In this document: positions 48,502 through 60,722 of the stretch, piece after piece
Layout: every line of letters starts with the position of its first letter
Numbering within the stretch: the first letter of the stretch is position 1
NCBI GenBank assembly: GCA_043228905.1
Contig: JBHGNT010000011.1
Location: 10,912,001-10,976,000 of the forward strand
Source: Azolla caroliniana
Taxonomy: Eukaryota > Plantae > Polypodiophyta
Reading direction: 5' to 3'
Length of the DNA stretch: 64,000 nt
Program-made: the position numbers and the translations under genes
Notes under the pieces: model-generated
Seen by the model: only the letters and a program-made list of their open reading frames with translations
Databases searched by the model: none
What the model was told of the DNA's origin: nothing

Positions 48502-50330
48502 ACACAAGGTATACAGAAAACACAGGAAAACTATATTAACAAAGAGAAACAAACAACCAACAGTTACAAAGAAAAGGAGACGGTTCTTATGTAGTCACCT
48601 TCCCTCTATGTTCTCTCACTACAACCACCTCTTGGAAAGGAGACGAAGACTTAACTGCCTAGTAATTATGTGTCATAAGACTAACTTCTATGACACATTG
48701 GTTATGATACAAAGTGGGGGGGTGTTCCCACACTTGACTATTCCTAAGGTGTGTTCCCACACTAGGGAAGTTGAGTTTGATTCTCAACACGCCCTTCAAG
48801 CTCAACTTCTGATTGTTAGAAAGTCGGCTTTTTGTCTTGTTGGTCGACTTTGGTAGTCAGTTCCGGCTTAGGCTAGGGATGATCAGTTCACTTGTGCTCA
48901 TTCTACTCTGTCCGACTTCGGGCATGTTGACAACTCTTTACTCCCCCTCAAGCTTGGCTAGTTGGCGGTCGAGAGACCTAGGCTTGTTGTGAACTACCAC
49001 AACTTGTCAGCTCTCGGGGCCTTCGTGAAGATGTCAACCGTCTGTAGGTTGGTGTTGATGTGTTGAAAGTCGACCTCTCTGGCTAGGACACATTCTCGAA
49101 TGAAATGATAGTGCACCTCGATGTGTTTCGTGCGAGTGTGAAAAACCAGGTTCCGAGCCAAGTGGATACTGCTCATATTGTCGTAGTATAGGAGGATTGG
49201 ATCTTTAATGGAAACATCTAGATATTTGAGAATCCACTTGAGCCATATGACTTCACATGCAGCCATGATCGCACCGCTGTATTCGGCCTTTGTGCTTGAC
49301 AATGTGATTGTCTATTGCTTCTTACTACTCAAGGAGATAGCTCCGCTACCAAGGGAAAAGACGAATCCGGATGTCGATTTTCTATTGGCCTTGTAGCCTG
49401 CCCAATCAACATCTGTGTACCCTTTCGAGTCGAATCGGTGTAACCGATTTGTAGAGGATGTCATAATCCATTGTCCCATTTACATACCTTAATACTCGTT
49501 TTGCGCAATCCAGATGAATGTCACGAGGTGTCTGCATAAACCAACTAAGGAGGCCGACTAAGTAGGTGAGGTTGGGTCAAGTAATGGTGAGATAGATCTG
49601 GCTTTCGACTAGTTGTCGATAGTGAATCAGCTCACACTCTTCTGTGCTAGAGTCGGCATCTAGTTTTAGGTTTCAATCGAGAAGGGTAGCAATGGGCTTA
49701 CACTTTGTCATCCCAAACTTGAAGAACATATTCGAGTTTTAGGTTTTGATCGAGAGGGGTCGCGACGGGCTTACACTTTGTCATCCCAAACTTGAAGAGC
49801 AGATTGAGGATATAGTATCATTGGGAGATCATGATTCATGTGGTGTCCGAATCACTTCTATACCTAGAAAGTAATGGAGTTCCTTCATGCCCTTCATTTC
49901 AAATCAATTGGAGAGTAGTTTTTTCATATGCTCGATATCTGTTATGTGCTTTGCTCCAATGACCAAGTTGTCCACATATATTATGATAAAGAAATGTCCT
50001 TTGGAGTTGCTCCAGATGAATAGGGAATTGTCGAACTTCGACATTTTGAAGCTGATGTGGTAAAGATACTAGGTTATGTTCGAGTGCAAGATCTAGGTGC
50101 CTACTTGAGATCGTGGAGAGGTTTTCAGAGTCGGTGTACCGATTGTAGGTGTGTGTTGGACTTGACGCCGAGAGGTTGTAGCATGTACATCTCCTCATCT
50201 AATTTGCCTTGAAGAAAGGCGTTCTTCACATCCATCTGGTGGAGGTGCCACCCTTTGTTTGTTGCAAGTGCAATCATGGTTCAAATTCGAATGGTAGTCA
50301 TCTTTGTCACTAGGGCAAAGGTATCAAATT
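48430..50330 (-). mobile_element. Copia RT/RNase H remnant with PPT and 3' LTR
   Basis: HLHQMDVKNAFLQG, SSTKAEY, DNMSSIHLARN, HTRTKHIEVHYHFIRE, VDIFTK; LTR starts TGTTGAG at 48789 on the minus strand after a purine tract. Left boundary approximate. Confidence 0.85.
48450..48498. repeat. (GA)n microsatellite
   Basis: About 24 GA units. Confidence 0.95.
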
Positions 50331-52242
50331 TTAGTAAGCTTGTGCATATATAAGAATTAGCGTATAATTGATAATTATTTATAAAATCAATAGGTATCAT
50401 AGTTTCATATTATGCTTTTGCAGAATGAGTGCCAAATATGGCAATTTTGTATTACTACTAAAAATTCAAATAATGTTATTTGCAAAAAAGTTATTGTGTG
50501 CCACGGTGAAAATTATAGTGTGACACATGTATGTAAGATATTGTGTTGGGTAAAGCATAATATGACAAACATAGGAGGTGGTGGATATATGCAATTGCTT
50601 TGGTGAGGTAATGGTCAACATTCACATACCATATTGATTAAGCCATATTGATTATTTTCACACAATATAATAACAATAACAATGTCCCAAACTCTTTTTT
50701 TGTTCACATCTCAATGGTCCAAGTGCAAATCAAATGAACAATCATCTACTATCTTGCTGGAGCTCCAAATTTGGATACTTCCAAATCATAGATAGATAGA
50801 TGCAAAGACAACAGTATTAAGTTAGAAATAACGAATAGATGAATAAATGACTTTGCAAGTTGGGAGAACTTTATTACTTATTGTTAACTAAAGTTGGGAT
50901 CTTCATGTTATCAACTACTTCCAATTGCAAGTTGAAGCCCTACACACTTTCACTACCAACCATGTTATGTACTATGGAAATTTAATCTAATCTTTCTTGA
51001 AGGGTGGGAGCATTAAGACTTGACTCAAAAAACATCTTCGCAAATGATCTTTTCCCTCCTTGATATCCACCTATGAATAGAGGCTCAACACTTAATTGAT
51101 GCATGTACAATGCACACTTCAACATATTGTTTGGTTAACCTGAAATGGGGAGTGCCTTATCACCACTATTTTCTCAAATAAGACAACTACAAGGTACAAA
51201 CAAGTGATGAGGTCATCAAGAAATCAGAGGCACACGTAGCACATCAAACATTAGTCCAACACCACATCAATTGCTCAACCAATTTGCAACCATTCCAATC
51301 AAACTTCACCCTTTTTTCTATTCACCTGCCATCACTCACCATCAACACACTAATACACCCTGAGAACCACAAGCCAAGCCCTTTACAAATGATTCATTAA
51401 ACGACTTAAGAGTCTTGCAAAAATGCCTATGAGCTAGCACATTCCTGAACTACCCCGCCCTCATCGTTAACAAATCACTCCCACTACTAGCTAACAAGGA
51501 GTTTAGCAGACAACAACTCTCTAGCAGCAACCATAGAGGAGTTCTAACCACCAATGAAGGTCCTTCATATGCATATTTTAGAAAGTTGGAAGGTTGCCAG
51601 ATGGAATACAAGATGCAAGACAAGAAAGATCCCCTTTTATCATGTTGACAAAAACATTAAGTCTTGAAAAGATAAAAGTTTTGGGGTCTACAGAGAACAC
51701 AACACATTATAAAACGATAAGATAAGAGCTCTATGTATCAAATACTGAGGAAACACAACACATTATAATAATTCTATAGAGTGAATTAATGCATTGATAT
51801 AATAAACAATGTATTGACCATATCAAAACTTGTTCCAGATCCTTGAAGACACAAATTTCATTCCAAAACAGAGTAGAAGAGGAAAGGATAAATGTAAACA
51901 AGGAAAGAGAAAGGAAATAAAGATGTTAATGAATTGCAGCCAGAGAGAAAGTAGAGAATGCCTTAATGCCGTGTTATTACATAAATAGGGAGCCTCGACA
52001 AGTTTGATCTAGCTTTAAAAAACTATTTTTTTTCGAAGCCCAAAACAGTGAAGAGGACTGATTCTGCATCTTGTTTATGATGCTAAAATGAACACAAAAG
52101 TGTCGTTGAAGTTTTCTCAAAAAGAAAAAAGAATAGCAGAATTTTTTTTGTTAAGTGTCCCCATAACCTTTGCCAAAAGCAGGAAAAACTAAGGAGCAAC
52201 ATTATTTTTTCTCTGCTTTAAATTACTACTATGTGTTGCTTA

Positions 52243-54510
52243 TCAAGGATAATATCCTGTCAAAGTGAAGCCACGACCAATAATCTCACCCACACAAAAC
52301 CATGCATAACACTCAGCCGTAAAGAGGAATGCAACACCCATGTCCTCAACAGTGATATCCTGGCGATTCTTGGCCAGGTTCTTCACAAAATCCACTTCTT
52401 TCCAAAAATGATCAACCCTCCCAGGTATGCTGAAAAAGATCAGTAAAACATCAACAAACAAGTGGCAATACCGTCATGATGATCTCAACAAAAGAAATTA
52501 TGATAGAAGAACTCCAACATAACCCACTTTATTTCCCCAGTGCAATTGGTAAAATATATCTGGAGCCTACTGGTAAGTAATATTTGAGCAATTATATGGT
52601 CAATTTATCCCCTCCCTCAGTTATGTGTTATTTGGACAATTATAAGGCTAGATTATCTCCTTTCTCTGTCAAGGGTTGACCAAGTGCACTCAGGAAAATC
52701 ACGAAAATCAGGTGGAAGTGGCAAAAAAAAAGAAAAACTCCTCAGCTTCCCAGACTTCTACCTCTTACTAAAATATGATCAGGTGGGAAAAAAGTTCCTC
52801 CAAAAAACACAAATGGCAAAACGAATGTAGATTGTATAACATTTAGAAACAGTTCATGATGATCATTCAAGTTCGAGTCCAAATCCAAACATTACCTACG
52901 GCATTAGACCACAACGTAACATTAATATACCCAAACTTCAGCATAAAAACCCTTGAAATCATTATTTATACTTCATTAATAAAGAGAATTTTCCCAAACA
53001 CAAGCCACCAGAAAAGACATTGACATTACATCAAAATAATTGCAAATAAATATTCCAAAACCCCAAATGGATTTAAGATCATACCACAATCCTAAATATC
53101 CAGACAAAATATTGACGATTCGGATTTATCGAACCCTATATTAAATTTGAACTAGAACAGATTATCGTTAAAATGTTAAATTAACATAGCGTAAGGTTCA
53201 ATACGCTTTGAATTCTCCTTCATAAGTTAAGATTCGCGAAGAATAAGGTTAAATATCAAAAATATTAAAATTCACATAGAGCAAGGTTAAATAAATATCA
53301 AATCTCCCTTAAATGTTAAGATAAAGGTTAGCTTAAATTCGGACTTCCCTTAGGATCTTAGAAGCAAACTAGAGTGATGTTAAATTCACATTTAATTTTG
53401 CCTTAAAAAATGTCAAAACTAACCTAGAATCAGTTTGAATTAGTATCATATCTTCTATAATATGTAAAACTTAGCTCAGTACAAGGTTGAATAGCATCTG
53501 ATTCTCCTTAAGATGCCAGCATTAACATAGACTGACACTAATCAAACATCAAATTCGCATTCAAATGTTATACTTAGTTAAAAAATTCAGCATCAGATCC
53601 TCCTTGACATCCTAGAAGTATACCCAGGATAAAATTAAATTCACATTTGATTGTCCTCAAACATGTCACAAGACCAAACATAGAGTTAAATAAATATCAA
53701 ACTAGCCCTACAATAGGAGAGGGATGAGAAATACATTGATATTTTAGCATCACTTTACACTACATTGATCTTCCAATGCAGAAAACGGTCATACTGGAAA
53801 AGAAAAAACCAGCGCACATGCTCCATGTTCAAATCTAATGATGCTGAGAAAGACAACTATTGCAAGTACTGCACTTATATTAAGGTTAAAATAGCATTAA
53901 GGCCACATTCAAATAGTACAGTTAACCTATACTAACATGAATTGACTACAGACTCAAACTAAACTGGCTAAAATAGCTCCTTTCAATGATTGAGGCAGAC
54001 TACATTATAGTTGAGTAAGCATTTACTTCAGCTTAAAACACACTAAAATAGAGAAGATGAAAGAATAAAATAAAAAATGTAACATGCTCAGCACATCTGA
54101 AGCATTTGTTAATTGAGATAACATTAACACCATATTCACCAAAATATGCACTTTTGATGAGTCCGTAGGTAATTAAGGTAAGATTAACACCATGTTCGCC
54201 AAAACATTAATAACAAATATAGAGAAGAAAAATGAACACAGCAAGAATATACAGACATACGCGTACACATTATACACACACATGCATGCATGTATAAATA
54301 CATATGTATACAATATTTAGGTTGGTACCTGGCAAGACGAGTGTAGAAAAGCTGTCTGGAGAGCTCTTGGCATTTCTGAACAGTAGGTTCAGGAGCAATG
54401 TATTGCTTGTTATTCTCGAGAAGCTTCTTGTAATATGAAGATCCATGTTTGTATACAAAATCTGAAGCAACGTTAGCCTTGCTACTGAGCTGCTTCACAT
54501 AGGAAGCCAT
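52243..54510 (-). CDS. Mitochondrial ATP synthase subunit g (2 coding exons plus a 5' UTR intron 54809-54534)
   Basis: Exons 54510-54329 and 52429-52243: MASYVKQLSSKA...EPTVQKCQELSRQLFYTRLASIPGR...ECYAWFCVGEIIGRGFTLTGY. Confidence 0.95.
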
Positions 54511-55199
54511 GATCCTTTCTTTCTTTCTTTGTCCTGGAAGAAACAACGGAGATCAAAAAAAAAAAGGAAAACAATGGATTTCCTTTCACATTAGACGCCC
54601 TTCTCCTTTCCTTCTTTTCCTTTCTTTAGGGAGAATCCAAGAAAGGCAAGAAACAGGTGAAAAGAAAGAATGGAAAAAACGATATGCACGATATCAGAAT
54701 CTCTGAGAGAGAGCAAGAGAGAGATCAATCGGAACACTGCTAAATGTCTATTGGAAGATGGAATCGACACAGCATATTTCTCAGAGAGAGAGAGAGAGAG
54801 AGAGCTTACCTGAGAAACAGAAGAAGGAAAACAGTCCGGACTGACTCTTCCTTTGGTTCACAGAGACAGAGGGAGGAAGAGGGAATTAGGGTTTCACACT
54901 TTCTCTGAGTCTGCTTCTGTGTGTCACTGCCGGGGGTCGGTTTCACACTTGTCCGCCCACCTTCATGTTTAATATTAGTCATTTGTTTACAAACCCACTT
55001 TTTATGGCACGGCGACGGCACGAGGATGACACATTTTTTACAACACTTTCCGGAGATTTTATTGTCGCCTTCGGAGGTCAAATATGTCCTAAAAGACCAA
55101 AAATATAAGGTTTTCACATAATACAAGTGAATGTGAGTACCGACTCTCTATACTGTAGAACTTTACTGATGAATGTTGTAATTGAGAGTGCACACCTTA

Positions 55200-56500
55200 T
55201 GACTATGAGAGGCAAAACTCGTGCAATGATTGGGTTTGCTTGAAGATGTGTGGAGAGCATAGCCGAATCAGGTCCTTATGCTCCCGAACATGTTTAGGGA
55301 AGATGGTGCATATTAAACTAGTATCATCACTTGTGCCCAAATGTCTCATCTCACATCAAATCAAGTGTGAACTAAATTTTATGGAACCAATGGTTCAGAT
55401 GGCAAGACAACGAGATAAGCTCTAATATGCCTTGATGTGTGAGGTTTCCCCCCCTTCTGCCAAGAATATGACTTTGTAGTTTGGTGCACCATATGTAGTA
55501 TAATGTGTGAAGTGTGAACCTCCACATTTTTTCCATGTCATGATATATTAGTGTTACAAGAAGGCCTCATTCACAAAGGAATCTATTGATGCATCATGAA
55601 GCAAGAGTATTGCATCCCATCTTCCAAACTATTTTTTCAAAGCTTTCATCCAACCGGAATACAGAAAATTGTTTTTATGTGTCTTTTGGATCTTTTTGCT
55701 TGAAGTTGATGTGAGGAACCTTTTTTAACCTTAAGCATACTATCTCAAGAAGTATGAGGGCGTATGAGGTTTGTTTCTTTACTTAGAGAAGCATTGTGAG
55801 AAAATGTTATCGAACATTTTCAATCTCTTTCCCAATGGGCTTCGTGATGCTATTGCCCCATACGTTCACCCAATGAAGAAGCAACAATGCCAAAAAGTAC
55901 TTCTTAAGGACCAAACAATTCATTTCTCCAACATTTCATATGTTCTCAAATATATAATATGCTCTTTTTCATGCCTTGGAACTGTGATAGCACATTCATT
56001 CCGTCTATGATTGAGGGAACTTCAAGGCTCCTTCCACATATTCAGCATACTTTATCCTTATTTTGGCTCTTCACAAGCATAATCTTGGTTTTAAAGCTAT
56101 TGACACTCAACTTAACATGCGTGTAAAAAATTTGTAATTGCCTAATAAGCTTTTGTACATCTTCTAAAGTATCTCCAAAAGGAATCACATTATCCTACAA
56201 AAAACATCACACTATCCGCACACAATTAAAGCATGATGACTACATTCTTAGTCTTCTTCCTTTACAAAGTTGGCAACCATTTGTTGTAGTTAAAAAATGC
56301 AAAGACCAAGTAGAGTTGGTGAGAGTTGGTATCATTGCTTAAGACTAATAGTTCTATTGACAAAATTTGAATTTCCATCGCCCACATGCATAGACATATA
56401 GCCGCCTCATAGATTTGTAAAATTGCAAGCATATATTCACTTAATGCCTTGAATTCTTCCATGTGCCTCCACAAATGCTCATGAGATGCCATATAAGAAG
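55200..56500 (-). mobile_element. Degenerate RTE-clade LINE (RT C-half and C-terminal domain)
   Basis: HLWRHMEE...ILQIYE; DVQKLIRQLQIF...LSVNSFKTKIML; VWGNSI...IENV...FL...VKKQTSY; IKFSSHLI*CE...LICTI. Confidence 0.7.
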
Positions 56501-58511
56501 GTGGATATAATCTAGTGCTTTATGATCAAAGTTTTGAAGAAACCTAGGATGAGTGAAGATAGTATCATGCAAAAATAATTATATGCATAGATCGTAGTTA
56601 AAGGCAAGGAGGTGGAGATGGTGGATTAATACTAAGCTATGCTCCATATAATTGCAAATGATGCACTAAAAAGGGAATTCTCCCAAAATTTGAGGATATT
56701 GTGGTGGATGTGGAATTTGATGTTGTTGCAAATAGTGCAAAAAAACATCCTTAAAGCTTTTTATATGTTTTATGACAAATGTATTATTTGTTTTTTTACG
56801 AGCAAATATCACTAGTCTAGATTGAGTTTGCCAATGGATTAATGCTATGGTGGGTAGAAGTAGTGTTGAGGATATATACAAAGGCACAAGCTTTTATTTT
56901 AGTTGGTTTTTCAAACCTAAGAACAATAGAATAAACCTTTGTCTCACATTCTAGTCTTCTTCTATGAGAGTTTAGTTTATATTGATAATTGGAGACCATC
57001 ACCAGAGATTCCAGGAATTTTTGGAGCAAGTGCACCCAATTTGGGTTCATATGGTGGTATGCAAGTTATCTTTTTTGTGGCCTCTTATTAAAAATCCAAT
57101 GGAGAAATTTGATAAAATGTTTGTTGCCCCAAATCCCTTTTTAGATTATTACATTGTCGAATACCTATCAAAAGAGATTGCATGGTAGAATAAATCATGT
57201 GCTCTTTTTGTTGCTTATTGTGTTTGGGGTCATGCGAGGCATTGCTTCAATGTGGTGATTGGGCCATTTCATGGCCAAATGGCAACAAACACTAGTGGTA
57301 GAGGAGTCTAATACTCTCCCAAACAAGATGGTGATGCAAAAGCATATAGTAAACAATCAAGACATAACAAAAAATAATGATGTACTGGTTTTGGAAGAAG
57401 AAGAAGAAATATGTATTAAAAGAAAGGAGAATGGTAAAGAACCACAATGATATGAAGGGGCGAGTTCTTCTACATGTTGTAACAGTCAAAAAACCATGCA
57501 AGGGTCAAAGGTTCATTTTAACACAAGGAATCAATCGTTATTACTTGATTTTGATAACAATGGTAAAGTCACTATGCCATTGGATAAACAACCTTGGAAA
57601 TTTAATGATGCATGAGAGAATAGGGATTTATGGCTAACAAACATTATTAATGCTTTTGTAGTCTTTAAGTGATTATTTTGGGGATATGCCAAACATACTT
57701 ACACAATGGGAACATGATCAAGATAGACACTAAAATACATCACTAGTGAGTTGTAAGATAACTACATGGAATAAGGGGAATTTGTTCTCCTTCAAGGATA
57801 TATGATACATGGAGAAACAATTTCAGTAGTCAATGGGATGAATCATATGTAAAGCATAAGGATCATGCTACGTCAAGGTCTTGTTTTTAGCATAAAGGTT
57901 CCATGAGAAAACGAGTGTGCTCTCTTGTGGAGAGCCATTACAAAGACTTTTGTCACATTTGAGACGTTGAGGGAAGATCAAAGTCACTTACTGACTTCAC
58001 AATATTTTGATCTTTTGTCTCTTTGGTCATTTGTTTCTTTGAGCTTAAATTGCTTGTATACTATGTATATATATATAAATAAAATTGGAAGTTTCATCGG
58101 AACTTATCCGGTTTAAATAGATTAATTGGGAGAAAGTAATTATGAAAATCTATATTTTAGAAGGAGATATTGATAAGATTATATCAATTTACATAATATT
58201 TTGAGATTAGGCCAATAATCAAATTACACTATATTTTACCCATTTACATGGAATTGAAACCAAAATGTGTAAGAAAGAGGTCGGGGCATATCCTTGATTC
58301 GGGGAAGTCAGACTACATTTGAGTGTAGTGTTACTTTGGTAATTGTAGGCCTTCCATTCACCACTGTGATCTACTACCCCATGTTGCTTGATTTGCTGAC
58401 GAAGCATGAATTTTCAAGTCCCAAAACTTGCAAAGTCGACAATGCGCTACCTTCCTCTTTGGTTTTCAAGATTTATCTTCCCAAAGCTCCTTTCTCCCTA
58501 GTTTTCAAGAT

Positions 58512-58620
58512 TTCTCTTCCAAAATAAAATTAGAACCCTTTAGTTTGGTTTTACACTATTGCACTTTCTCTTCCAAAATAAAATTAGAACCCTTTAGTTT
58601 GGTTTTACACTATTGCACTT
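58512..58620. repeat. About 54-bp tandem duplication
   Basis: TCTCTTCCAAAATAAAATTAGAACCCTTTAGTTTGGTTTTACACTATTGCACTT occurs twice. Confidence 0.9.
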
Positions 58621-60189
58621 ACCCTTGAATGGGCTCTTGGTTTTGACAAAAATGTATATCACACCTATTTTCCTTACCCTTGTAGATTCATCTTTCTCCC
58701 TAGTTTTCTTTAATTGGTTTTGATCCTTATCTTTTTATCAACAATACCTTTGGTCCCACCACATCACAACAACATCCTATGTTTTGGCCATCTCGTAGGT
58801 CTGAACAAGGTTGGATGGAGATAGTATATATACTAGATAGAAGTTAATAGGACATAAAATATAATAAAGGGCTCTTTAAATAGAAAGGGTGCCTTTTTAA
58901 GGTTGAAATTAATAATTTCTCAAGCGAGTTACAACAAATCCACCTTTAAAGCTAGATTGTGGTTGTATAGTTCGTGCTCGATGCATTGAATTGTTAGGGT
59001 TGTTTTTATATCACCTCACGCCAACACATGTAAAAAGTATATCGCCTCACAACACCACAGTCGGCTCAGCCAAACACAATGCATACCACAGTTAGACAAC
59101 AAGGTGAAAAATGCAAAAATGGAGATAGAGACAAACACAAACAAACAGACTGTATTACTCAAAAAAATGTCCCTATCTTACAATGTGCTTAGAGAGCACC
59201 TTTTATACAAGACCCTTATACCTCTCATTAGGTAGTGGGCTCACACAAATACAATATGCTCATTCATGAGCTCTGTCATCTACCTAGCCTATGTTATTTT
59301 GATTACAAGCTAGGAGGTCTAGTTGTTAAGCTCTTGGATCGCACCACGACCGGTAATGAAGAAGAGTGCATCAACAAGGACGTAGTATGGCTAAAGCACC
59401 TACGAAGAGGGAATGTCAAGAGGAAAGAGGGCTAAGGGACATCCAATTGTGAAAGGTCTGTACCCTAAATGTAAATGCTATATAAACCACATGGTGGTGG
59501 CCTTGTAAGGGTTCTTCAATTGGTAAAGATCTCCCTATTGATTAAGAGCTAGAGCTTCCTCTCCTCCTTCTTGTAACCTTTAAGCTTAAGAGAGATTAGT
59601 GAGGTGTTTAGTTAGAGAACACTAATCTCTCTTCCTTGTTGGTGCTAGACCACTTAGCAAAGAGGGTTAATAAACATATTCATTACTCTTATTGTCTATA
59701 TTCATTACCCTATTGTCTATGAGAGCGAGCTTGAGAGAGTGAGAGAGATATCGTGCTTAATCATCTATTAATTGTTAAGTGAGTGTGAGGCTCGGAGGTG
59801 TCCGACAACTATCTTCGCCTGATTCGCCATCAAAAGGGTATACACCGATCTGAACTCCGCAAACGACATCGAGGAGTTAACTCCATCGATACATAGATCC
59901 TACACATCTATTTGGCGCCGCAGCCGGGGATACGACCGACGCTTGAACCTGACTTCGAGTGATCAAACACTCGTATTTTCATTAAGTTAATTTTTTGTTT
60001 TTTTGTTTTAATTTCCCCCTCTTATTCGCTTGGACATTAGCAGGCTATTCGTCCGGTTAACGCTAAGCATTGTTGAGATTTAGCTGTTGCAGGGCAAAAG
60101 TGATCACCACGATTCTCGCTGATTTTGATCATCCTACGGGACACGAAACAGCCGTTGGCGCCAAAAACATTCAAATTTCCCACTCAGAG

Positions 60190-60500
60190 TTCGACAAACC
60201 CACATCCTTCGACGAAAGATCAAAGTTTGCCAAACCCACAAAGTTCGACGAAAGATCATCTTTTGACGAACCCACATCCTTCGACGAAAGATCAAAGTTT
60301 GACGAACCCACATCTTTCGACGAAAGGTCAAAGTTTGCCAAACCCTCAAAGTTCGATGAACCCACATCTTTCGACAAAAGGTCAAAGTTTGCCAAACCCA
60401 CAAAGTTCGACGAAAGATCCAAGTTCGACAAACCCACATCCTTTGACAAAAGATCAAAGTTCGACGAAAGATCATCTTTCGACGAACCCACAAAACTTGA
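60190..60500. repeat. 18-bp tandem array (about 17 units) in the retroelement leader
   Basis: Variants of TTCGACGAAAGATCAAAG / TTCGACGAACCCACATCC / TTTGCCAAACCCACAAAG. Confidence 0.92.
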
Positions 60501-60722
60501 CAAGAGAACATGGCCGGATCCTCATGGACGGAGATGTTCAAAACTCGACCCACACACCAGAAGGAGTCCACACAAACCAACCAAACACACGGTGCTGACA
60601 CATCTAACCCGACTCGATACCACAGAGGGTGGTTAACCCTGGGGGCGCTACCAAACATGAACCTCCCATCGAGCCCAACAACTAAAGCACCTCTCAACAC
60701 ACCCCCACTATAGGAGAGCCCA

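Noticed and set aside
55200-56000. hAT transposase remnant
   Set aside because: Motifs fit the C-terminal part of an RTE LINE better.
58200-58500. Chromodomain or integrase tail fragment
   Set aside because: Only faint resemblance across frames; not supportable.
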